Shown here in pieces: positions 27,200 to 34,810 of a stretch of DNA of 44,359 nt. Under the pieces are notes generated by a model. That model searched no databases, had not been told where the DNA came from, and saw only the letters and a list, made by a program, of their open reading frames with translations. The number at the start of each line of letters is the position of its first letter. Within the stretch, counting starts at the first letter, position 1. The stretch is from assembly GCA_029776125.1 (NCBI GenBank), contig JARVJS010000021.1:1-44359 (forward strand), written 5' to 3'. This stretch comes from Nitrososphaeria archaeon. GTDB taxonomy: Archaea > Thermoproteota > Nitrososphaeria > JACIWG01. Made by a program: the position numbers and the translations under genes.

Positions 27200-28096
27200 C
27201 TAATTATTATTCTTTTTTTTCCACATTGGAGAAGGTTCCAATGGATCAACGCTGGTTCCCTTTTGAAATTCGTAAATACCATACCTATCAGGACTTCCTC
27301 CAGACATAATCCTAATTGCCCTCGCAGTTCTCCGATATATCTCATCAAGAGAAATAACCCCTGCACTTATCGGCATATACTTGCCTGTTTTTTGATCTAC
27401 AACTATTATCGTAGGAGTTACTTCTACAGCAAACTGCTGTTGAGCAGATGGATTTCTCTCTACATCAACAACCTTTATAGGAATGCCATCCATCTCTGCG
27501 TATTTGAGTATTTTTAATTGCGTATCACAATACCCGCAGTCCTGTTTAACAAAGACTACATAACCAAATTCAGAAGCATTCTTCTGCTTGTAATCCTGCA
27601 ATTCTTTGCGTATAAGATCGTTTCGTTGAGTTATACCAGGACCAACAATTGGTATATCACGCTCTGTTGAAAGCTCGGGATATTTTTGCCAAACATAACC
27701 TGCATAATGAGAAAAAAGTAGTGCCTTTTTTCTCGCTACATCCTGCAAATTGTAAAACTCATAAACATTTTCTTCTGTAGGTTTTTGAACCGCTTTTTTT
27801 AAATAATAATCGTAGAGCTTGCTAAACTCATCAGGATGCATATAAAGCAGTTCTTCGTAAGAGTATTCTTTTAAAGGCTTAGGAGTAAATACCTGCTTTT
27901 GCTGTTCCTGAAAAGGCTCTTTTTTTGTCTCCTCTTCCTGTTTTTCCTCTTTCTTGTAAATATCCTCATACCACCACCAACCTTCTTTAGTTTTTCCTCT
28001 ATAATAAGAATCTACTTTCTTTTGCTCTTTGTCCTGCACTCCATTACTATGCACAGGAAAAACAAGAAAAATAATAATTAGAAAAACTACTACCAT
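27200..28096 (-). CDS. traF: F-type TraF (thioredoxin-fold pilus assembly protein), retains CxxC
   Basis: 298 aa. Signal peptide, EGWWWYED block and thioredoxin-like VVFVKQDCGYCDTQ ... VTPTIIVVD. Confidence 0.8.
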   Translation of the reverse strand: MVVVFLIIIFLVFPVHSNGVQDKEQKKVDSYYRGKTKEGWWWYEDIYKKEEKQEEETKKEPFQEQQKQVFTPKPLKEYSYEELLYMHPDEFSKLYDYYLKKAVQKPTEENVYEFYNLQDVARKKALLFSHYAGYVWQKYPELSTERDIPIVGPGITQRNDLIRKELQDYKQKNASEFGYVVFVKQDCGYCDTQLKILKYAEMDGIPIKVVDVERNPSAQQQFAVEVTPTIIVVDQKTGKYMPISAGVISLDEIYRRTARAIRIMSGGSPDRYGIYEFQKGTSVDPLEPSPMWKKKNNN

Positions 28097-28665
28097 ATTG
28101 GTAATAACCTCGCAAGTATTTTTTCTTTAGGAACCACTCCAAAATATTTACTGTCATAACTGTCTTTGTGAGTACCTACAACAAAATAAAATCCTTCGGG
28201 AATTCTATATTCGCACTTTTCTGTAGCACCACAAGGGTTATATGCTTTAACAGGTATTCCTGTTTTGCTATATTTTTTAGCCTTTCCTAAGTATTCACCC
28301 TTACAGTAGTAATCGTCATTATGAATTATTAAAGTTTCCCCACTTGAACAACCTATTTTTTTACTAATATTCATTCCTTTTGCAAAACAATCGTTTTTAT
28401 CTGTTGTTACCATTACATAATGCCCATTCTCCAAACCCTCTGGAACTATTTTCCAAAATATTTTATGATCAACAGAATTTCCATAACTTATTACAATTTT
28501 GCTTGATATAAAAAAACCTATTAACGCCATCATCGAAATTCCTGTAATCAAATTAATAAGTTTTTCAGGGTTTCTTAATGTCCTCTTTGATTTGCGTATC
28601 AGTATTTTCTGTTTTAGGTTTAACCCTCTCTGGAAGTTTCGGAGTAAGATTTTCAACTCTATCAC
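28090..28665 (-). CDS. S26-family signal peptidase-like protein (TraF-RP4/TrhF type, pilin maturation)
   Basis: The C-terminal VVGTHKDSYDSKYFGVVPKEKILARLLPIW matches the S26 box (SxDSRYFG). N-terminal anchor. The start is uncertain: the ORF overlaps trbI by 101 nt and the internal Met at 28533 would remove the overlap. Confidence 0.65.
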   Translation of the reverse strand: MIELKILLRNFQRGLNLKQKILIRKSKRTLRNPEKLINLITGISMMALIGFFISSKIVISYGNSVDHKIFWKIVPEGLENGHYVMVTTDKNDCFAKGMNISKKIGCSSGETLIIHNDDYYCKGEYLGKAKKYSKTGIPVKAYNPCGATEKCEYRIPEGFYFVVGTHKDSYDSKYFGVVPKEKILARLLPIW

Positions 28666-28924
28666 CTCCTAAAATTACGTCTGACGTAATTATTACTTTG
28701 TTTTTAGGTGTGTTGAGAACTATCTCTTCAATTTTATCTATTCTTTTTCTTAACTCTACATCATCAATTTGCTTTGCTAAATACAAATCCCTCAATGTTG
28801 CTACGTATCCCTGCAAGTCAAAAGTTACTATTTTTTGGGTAAAAAATTTGTCGTAAACCAAAATTGCACATACTGAAACAACCATAGAAACAATTACATT
28901 TAATATAATAGCCTTGTATTTCAC
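28565..28924 (-). CDS. trbI: F-type TrbI
   Basis: 119 aa. N-terminal TM. IVTFDLQGYVATL ... KVIITSDVILGG is collinear with F TrbI (VTVAFNMKQTVDAF ... AVILVSPAVVQG). Confidence 0.6.
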   Translation of the reverse strand: MKYKAIILNVIVSMVVSVCAILVYDKFFTQKIVTFDLQGYVATLRDLYLAKQIDDVELRKRIDKIEEIVLNTPKNKVIITSDVILGGDRVENLTPKLPERVKPKTENTDTQIKEDIKKP

Positions 28925-28927
28925 GAT

Positions 28928-29635
28928 TTATTCTCCTTGTTTTAACATATTTTCAATGAGTGGAATATTAGCACCAAATACCATTCTGCCATTTATAAAA
29001 TATGTAGGTGTTCCTCTTATGCCAAACTTTTCAGCGGTTTCAAAATATTTTTTTATCGTTTCTTCAGATTTCTTCAAACACTCTGCAGAAACGTCCTGCC
29101 CATTTTTTAATCCAGACATAATTTCCATATATGCCTTTTCTTTATCTTTACTGCATAAAATGTAAGAAACTTTTTTCTTTGAAGTTTCCCCCTTAAAGGG
29201 CAAGAAAAATATGTGTTCTGTTACATCATTTCTCTTTGAAAAATATTCGTATCCCCTTTTACAGAAAGGACATTCAGGATCAGTAAAGGTTACGACCTTA
29301 TTTTTACCCTTACCCACCTTTACTGCTATAGATGTATCCATGTTTTTAAGTTTTTCAATTATTATTTCTTGCCTTCTTTCCGCAGTAAGCGATTTACCTG
29401 TTGATGTCCATATTTCACCAAATACCATGTAACCTCTTGGTGACCAATACATTATGTTCCCATCTGTAGTTATAATTTCGTATAAACCTGGGATTGGCGA
29501 CTCTGTTACTTTTGATAGAGAAAAATTAGGGAAAATTGCCTTAATTTGTTTTTCTACGTCTTCCTTAGATTGCTGAGCAAACACAACTGATACGAAAAGC
29601 AATACAAAAAATACTGAAAATAAAAGTTTCTTCAT
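28928..29635 (-). CDS. dsbC: Thiol:disulfide interchange protein DsbC-like
   Basis: 235 aa. Signal peptide, N-terminal dimerisation-like domain, active site TDPECPFCKR and a cis-Pro block GTPTYFING. Confidence 0.85.
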   Translation of the reverse strand: MKKLLFSVFFVLLFVSVVFAQQSKEDVEKQIKAIFPNFSLSKVTESPIPGLYEIITTDGNIMYWSPRGYMVFGEIWTSTGKSLTAERRQEIIIEKLKNMDTSIAVKVGKGKNKVVTFTDPECPFCKRGYEYFSKRNDVTEHIFFLPFKGETSKKKVSYILCSKDKEKAYMEIMSGLKNGQDVSAECLKKSEETIKKYFETAEKFGIRGTPTYFINGRMVFGANIPLIENMLKQGE

Positions 29636-29685
29636 CTTATTCTCCCTTTTTTAGAAATTGAGCTTTCTAATGAAAGCTCATCCCT

Positions 29686-29738
29686 CCTATATATAGGGTA
29701 CACTGATGTATCAAAACTGGATAAGGACTTTTGAAAGG
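29686..29738 (-). promoter_or_regulatory. Element promoter-like motif, copy 7 (hybrid: class B half-site plus class A core)
   Basis: Transcribed strand reads CCTTTCAAAAGTCCTTATCCAGTTTTGATACATCAGTGTACCCTATATATAGG. It sits 50 nt upstream of the dsbC ATG. The leader contains a 9-bp hairpin, TGAGCTTTC-ATTA-GAAAGCTCA (29659-29680). Confidence 0.65.
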
Positions 29739-29748
29739 TTATATATTT

Positions 29749-31353
29749 TTAGTTAGCAGAAAACCAGATTTGAACGTATCCATCACCTGAATTTGCCCCT
29801 GACTGTGAACTCGTACAGTTAAATCCTGAACGACAATAACCAGAACCACCACCGCCTCCACCACCATTTCCATTTCCACCTGCACCACCGCCACCGCCAT
29901 ATCCGGCTCCACCGCCTCCGCCACCCCATTCATTTCCACCTGCACCGCCACAACCATAACCGCCACTACCACCATATTTAGTGTATGAGTAGTGAACATA
30001 TAAAATACCGCCTGAAAAATCAGATGACGCAGGTCCATATAAAACATTACTTCCATTATAATAACGACCCCTACCACCATAACCTAAAGAGCCATTGTCT
30101 CCATAATAAGTACTACCACTATATGTAAGCCCACCACCTGCACCACCATATCCACAAGCACCACCTCCACCTGAAGCATAACCACTTGAAGCATTACTAC
30201 CACCACCTCCGCCACCTGCTACACCCCAACCTGTGGTTCCTACCGAACCTCCACCATTTGTAGTACCACCACTTCCTTGACCACCGCCTCCACCACCTAA
30301 TCCTGCTTTATTTCCACCAGCACCTGCTGCAGTTCCGCCATAACCACCACTACCTCCACCTGCACTACCATTACTACTACCACCGCCACCAGAGCCACCT
30401 GCACCGTTATATCCGGCTCCACCGCCTCCGCCTGCTACAAGCAATATATTGCTGTAACCAACACTATCTATCCATACAGCAGATGCACCACCACCGCCAG
30501 CACCACCATACGCACTGGAATTATCACTTGTTCCATCAAAACCTTTCCCACCTACTAAAATTCTTAATGCTAAAGTTGTCCTATTTGGAAACATAGTGTT
30601 CAGGTCAGATATTTTAATTTTCCCTACAGTAACACCACCGTTACCACCTAAATATTGTATAGTTCCCACATTATTTACAGCATGACCACCTCTACCGCCT
30701 GCAACTATTATGTTTAAGTAATAATTACCACATCTAGACACATAATCTTGCCAATTATAAACAAAAAAATTCTTTAATCCATATTCAAAATAATTCACAT
30801 TATATAAATTCAAATTATTACAAAATACATCATCAGAAGTAGCACCGCCACCAGAGCCACCGCTACCACCTACGTCTCCATGAAATCCTTCTACCACTAT
30901 GTCGTTTCCCTGAACTTCTGTGTCTGTACAAGCAGTCTGAAAGGTTTTATCACGACCTGCAGAGATTACTCTGATTATCAATCCACTTTTTGGTGGTGTT
31001 GTATTGTTTTGTGAATAAGTAGGATTAGCAGTGTTTGGACTTCCTAAATCCCATGTGCAGTATCTATACTGAGTTCCCCATTCGTCTACCTTGCTCATAG
31101 GTAAATCTGCCGGAAGTGTATTGCCTGATGCTTCTTTAAGAGGTTCTTTAAAGGTATCATTGTCAGGATCTGCTGTATTCATGAGCAACCAATTGACAAT
31201 ATTTGTCATTCTTTGCTTTGTAAGCAAAGTTTTTTGTGTATCCGTCATCAGGTTCCATCCCGAAACAACTTCAACTAAAGTATATGCCAGAATCATTAAA
31301 AAAGCTACTGCAAGTAAAACTTCTATTAATATAAACCCGCTATCTTTTCTCAT
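29749..31353 (-). CDS. Pilin-like protein with a large C-terminal glycine-rich domain (candidate pilus tip adhesin)
   Basis: 534 aa. Class III signal MRKDSG/FILIEVLLAV (G-1, F+1, E+5). About 365 C-terminal residues consist of GGxGG runs interrupted by short beta-like segments (YYLNIIVAGGRGG, LALRILVGGKG, NILLVAGGGGGAG), ending in GDGYVQIWFSAN. Confidence 0.7.
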   Translation of the reverse strand: MRKDSGFILIEVLLAVAFLMILAYTLVEVVSGWNLMTDTQKTLLTKQRMTNIVNWLLMNTADPDNDTFKEPLKEASGNTLPADLPMSKVDEWGTQYRYCTWDLGSPNTANPTYSQNNTTPPKSGLIIRVISAGRDKTFQTACTDTEVQGNDIVVEGFHGDVGGSGGSGGGATSDDVFCNNLNLYNVNYFEYGLKNFFVYNWQDYVSRCGNYYLNIIVAGGRGGHAVNNVGTIQYLGGNGGVTVGKIKISDLNTMFPNRTTLALRILVGGKGFDGTSDNSSAYGGAGGGGASAVWIDSVGYSNILLVAGGGGGAGYNGAGGSGGGGSSNGSAGGGSGGYGGTAAGAGGNKAGLGGGGGGQGSGGTTNGGGSVGTTGWGVAGGGGGGSNASSGYASGGGGACGYGGAGGGLTYSGSTYYGDNGSLGYGGRGRYYNGSNVLYGPASSDFSGGILYVHYSYTKYGGSGGYGCGGAGGNEWGGGGGGAGYGGGGGAGGNGNGGGGGGGSGYCRSGFNCTSSQSGANSGDGYVQIWFSAN

Positions 31354-32342
31354 TTTCCTGCCTTTTTAATAACAAAAACACTTAAACCATCTGCTTTTTC
31401 TGCGGTAAAAATTGGAGTCTTTTTCTCAAACCTTAGTTTGTTTTCAACATGCTCATGCTGATTTTCTCCTGTAACTATGTAAATTAACTTGTCGTTTGAA
31501 CAATAAAACACTTTCCCTATTCCTTCTACATTAACAACAGAACAGTGATTCTTTAGGTTTTCATTTACCGCCTGCACTCTGTCTTTGTAAACTATTAGTT
31601 CAGTATTTTTCTTTTTTATTTCTTCTCTTAATTTTTCGTTCTCCATTGTTAGGCTTTCAACTTGAACTGCCATACTTTTGTACTTCTGTAATTCCTCACG
31701 AAGCCTCTTTATGGTTTCGTCCTTTTCTGTAAAAATACTATAATTTTCCCTGCGTTCTTCTTCTATTTGTTGTAATGTTTTATTGTGGCTGCTATCCAAC
31801 TGTTGAATTGCTTTTTCTTTTTCCTTTAATTGCCGTTGTAAATTTTTAATCGTGTTTTCAAAATCCTTAATTTTTGCTTCTAATTCTTTCTTTTCCTGTT
31901 CTATCTTTATGTTTTTTTGTTCAAGCTCCTTTTGCTGTTTTTTTTGTTTTTCTTTTAAAACTTTTTTATGTGCATCACAAATTAATTCAGGATACTCTAC
32001 AATACATCCGTCCACCTCATCACCGTTATTAACAGATAGCCTTTTACCTAAAGAATTAATAACTATAATTTTCCCATTTACAACCCCTTTGATTTGAGGA
32101 AAATTTTCTTTGCCTGCAGACACAGGTTCAGGCATTTTAGTTAAAGGCATTGGAGGAGGTATAGCTTCAGGCTTTTTGTCTACCGTTTCTGATTGTTGAA
32201 ATTTTGCTTTCTTACTACTTCCACTTTTATCTTGACCTGTCTTATTTTGACCTGAGTTATAAAAAGGTGTTTCAACTGCCAAAGCTATATGCCACATAAA
32301 AAACAAAAACATTAATACTAAAATATTTAGCCTTTTTCTCAT
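31350..32342 (-). CDS. Secreted coiled-coil protein, possible PilP/GspC-like pilus alignment component
   Basis: 330 aa. Signal peptide. IKGVVNGKIIVINSLGKRLSVNNGDEVDGCIVEY resembles the PilP/GspC HR beta-domain. It is followed by a coiled coil of about 130 aa. Functional call is weak. Confidence 0.4.
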   Translation of the reverse strand: MRKRLNILVLMFLFFMWHIALAVETPFYNSGQNKTGQDKSGSSKKAKFQQSETVDKKPEAIPPPMPLTKMPEPVSAGKENFPQIKGVVNGKIIVINSLGKRLSVNNGDEVDGCIVEYPELICDAHKKVLKEKQKKQQKELEQKNIKIEQEKKELEAKIKDFENTIKNLQRQLKEKEKAIQQLDSSHNKTLQQIEEERRENYSIFTEKDETIKRLREELQKYKSMAVQVESLTMENEKLREEIKKKNTELIVYKDRVQAVNENLKNHCSVVNVEGIGKVFYCSNDKLIYIVTGENQHEHVENKLRFEKKTPIFTAEKADGLSVFVIKKAGK

Positions 32343-32791
32343 TTTACATACACCTCTTTTTCTTTTTTAGGAATTACTGTAAAACTTACTACTCTTTCTC
32401 CACAGTTTATACCTAAACACAAATTAGAGTATTCAATCTTATAAGGAAAACTACTGATAAAATCTAAAAAGGATAAAAACTTTTCATATTCTTCTTTGTT
32501 TATTAATATTTCCTTTTTGTTTGAAAACAAAATAAAACCTTCATTACCTTGTTGTACTTCAATGGGCAAATTGTTGCTTCTTATATAATTTTCAAGTACT
32601 TGTTTTATAAAAATAGACTCTCCAGAGGAAAGACTCACAAAATCTTTTTTTAGATTTATTTTTATATCCTGATTTAAAACTCTCTGAACATCATTTTTAT
32701 AAAAAATAATGCTATATATAAGCAAAAAAACACCGCTACATACTAAAATCAAGGGAAAAAACAACCTTATTATTTTCATAAGTTCCTCCAT
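32339..32791 (-). CDS. Bitopic membrane protein, possible PilO/GspM-like
   Basis: 150 aa. One N-terminal TM (IIRLFFPLILVCSGVFLLIYSIIF) and a small periplasmic domain. The assignment rests on operon context only. Confidence 0.35.
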   Translation of the reverse strand: MEELMKIIRLFFPLILVCSGVFLLIYSIIFYKNDVQRVLNQDIKINLKKDFVSLSSGESIFIKQVLENYIRSNNLPIEVQQGNEGFILFSNKKEILINKEEYEKFLSFLDFISSFPYKIEYSNLCLGINCGERVVSFTVIPKKEKEVYVK

Positions 32792-33557
32792 GCATTTCTA
32801 AAAACTTTTGTGCTGACATTTCTTTGTCAAAATATACTTCTACAACAAATTTTTTATCACTCTGATATATCTTTAAAATTTTTCCATCCTCTATACTCTT
32901 TTCAACTTTATTGAGTAAATCTGCCAAACTGATTTTTGCAGAAGTGGAAACATTAACTTGCGACATTAACTGATTCTGTCGATTTTTTAAAATTAAATCT
33001 TTTTTGTTGTACGCTTCGTTCAATACAAAAAAATAAGTTAACAATCCCACAAAAAAAACCACTAAACCAATACTTAAATAAGACTTGTTGTCAAGAGACC
33101 AACGCAATCTAAGTTGTTTAGGTATTTTACCTACTGATAAAAGCAAATCTTCATTAATTTCTACGCCACTTTCAGGCTTTTTATAGGTTATTACATGTTG
33201 AATTTCATTGCCTTTGCTAATAAAATAGTGGTAGAACTCTTTATTTTTATCCTTTAGATAATAATCTCCTTCCCCCATAAAAACAACGCTTAATACAGGA
33301 AACTTTCCCTTAACAAAATTTTTTGACTTGCCTGCTATAAATAACAAAACTCCATTTTTGTATGTGTAGGTATAGTAAAAATTATCGCCTAAAATGGGGA
33401 TACATCTTCCCTTAATGTAGTTCTCTATTTCCCGCTTGGGAATAACTACGCTTTCAGCAACATACTCTTCAAGATGAACAAAATCTTTAAGCTTTTTTTT
33501 CTCTGAGACTTGAACCCGATCGTCAATCTTTGTTTCACTTTTTTTCCTCTTAAACAT
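32736..33557 (-). CDS. Bitopic membrane protein, possible PilM-N/GspL-like
   Basis: 273 aa. About 155 aa cytoplasmic, TM YLSIGLVVFFVGLLTYFFVL, then a periplasmic tail. SD AAGGAAGG. First gene after motif copy 8. Context-based call. Confidence 0.35.
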   Translation of the reverse strand: MFKRKKSETKIDDRVQVSEKKKLKDFVHLEEYVAESVVIPKREIENYIKGRCIPILGDNFYYTYTYKNGVLLFIAGKSKNFVKGKFPVLSVVFMGEGDYYLKDKNKEFYHYFISKGNEIQHVITYKKPESGVEINEDLLLSVGKIPKQLRLRWSLDNKSYLSIGLVVFFVGLLTYFFVLNEAYNKKDLILKNRQNQLMSQVNVSTSAKISLADLLNKVEKSIEDGKILKIYQSDKKFVVEVYFDKEMSAQKFLEMHGGTYENNKVVFSLDFSM

Positions 33558-33591
33558 TGTCCTTCCTTTTGTATGTTTTGTCTAATACCCT

Positions 33592-33625
33592 CTCTCTATA
33601 TATAGGGTACATGAATGTATCAAAA
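33592..33625 (-). promoter_or_regulatory. Element promoter-like motif, copy 8 (class A)
   Basis: Transcribed strand reads TTTTGATACATTCATGTACCCTATATATAGAGAG. It lies 3 nt after the pilC stop and 34 nt upstream of the next ATG. Confidence 0.65.
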
Positions 33626-33628
33626 GCA

Positions 33629-34798
33629 TTAATTCCCCATTCCCATCATCAACTTCAAATAAGGAACAAATACTGAGAAAAAGGTTAACAGGAAAATACC
33701 CATAACCATAACTAAAGAAATTGTATAAATTAATGGAGATAGCAACCGAATAGCAGATATGTATTTATCATAAAAACGTCTCGCTACTATTTCAAAGTTC
33801 TTTGAGAGTTTGTCTACATTTAAAGACCAACCAACAATTTGTTTATCAAATTCAGGTATTGTTTTGAATCCATTAACAAAAGGTTCCCCCTTCTTTAATT
33901 TCTTTAATGCGCTTTCAAACTCATCACGAACTACTTTTATTGAAATTGTTTTACTAACTATCTCAAAAGCACTAGACAGCCTAATGCCAACTGACAATAA
34001 TTTGGACATGGAAAAAAAACCAATAAAATATGCACGATAAAATAATAGTTCCCTAATTAAAGGAAGTCTTAAAAATTTACTCTCAATAAATTTTTGATTT
34101 ATTCTATAAATTATCAAAGCTACAAAAATTAGCCCTACAAAAAAAATTAACGCTAGAGGAATACCAATAGAAGCAATTTTGAGAAAGTTTATTGCCCACA
34201 CATTTGGTGAACTAGATATTAATACACTTTTAAACAACTCAGAAGACAATAGTTTAGGAATTATAACCCTTGTATTTATTATTAACAAAAGTAAACTTAT
34301 CATAAACACTGTGACTGGATAAGACAACTTCTTTAATATCTCTTTCTTAGTTGTGTGTAAATCAATTAAATACTGCGAAACTACGTTTAAAGTTTTCGAC
34401 AAATCTCCCGTATTATACCCCGCTTTTAACATTTGTACCGCTGTTTCGCCAAAATAAACACTGTAGCCCTGTATTGCTTCAGGAAAACTTTTACCCGACT
34501 CTATCATTTTCTTAATGTTTAAAAATACCTGTTTATAAGGACTTTTATAACTTATTGACTTTACTAAAGAATCTATGGCATTTGAAAGAGACATGCCTGA
34601 CGTTAAAATGTCAGATAATGCTTGAAAAATATACGCTAATTCTAACTGCTTATACTTAATTATATTTACTGAATGAATCTTTTTTATTTTTAAAACTACC
34701 TTACCTTCTTTCGAAAAAGTTTTATAAATTTCATCTCTGTTTCCAACAAATATTTCCACGAATTTAGCGTTATTTTTAAAATACTCTACCCTATACAA
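33629..34798 (-). CDS. Type IV pilus/T2SS platform protein (PilC/GspF family)
   Basis: 389 aa. Two GspF-like repeats, each followed by TM segments, and three or more TM helices in total. Lies directly downstream of the ATPase. Confidence 0.85.
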   Translation of the reverse strand: MYRVEYFKNNAKFVEIFVGNRDEIYKTFSKEGKVVLKIKKIHSVNIIKYKQLELAYIFQALSDILTSGMSLSNAIDSLVKSISYKSPYKQVFLNIKKMIESGKSFPEAIQGYSVYFGETAVQMLKAGYNTGDLSKTLNVVSQYLIDLHTTKKEILKKLSYPVTVFMISLLLLIINTRVIIPKLLSSELFKSVLISSSPNVWAINFLKIASIGIPLALIFFVGLIFVALIIYRINQKFIESKFLRLPLIRELLFYRAYFIGFFSMSKLLSVGIRLSSAFEIVSKTISIKVVRDEFESALKKLKKGEPFVNGFKTIPEFDKQIVGWSLNVDKLSKNFEIVARRFYDKYISAIRLLSPLIYTISLVMVMGIFLLTFFSVFVPYLKLMMGMGN

Positions 34799-34810
34799 AG
34801 CAACCCTCTC

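Noticed and set aside
29739-30080. 113-aa minus-strand ORF rich in V/A/M, overlapping the glycine-rich gene in another frame
   Set aside because: It is a frame artefact of the GGN-rich repeats (GGTGGTGG read as VVV). It has no SD, lies wholly inside a well-supported CDS and has a low-complexity product.
29749-31353. Shufflon-like inversion system for the pilus adhesin (as in R64 pilV/rci)
   Set aside because: I found no alternative C-terminal cassettes, no sfx-like inverted repeats downstream of the gene and no adjacent Rci-type recombinase. The only recombinase is 24 kb away.
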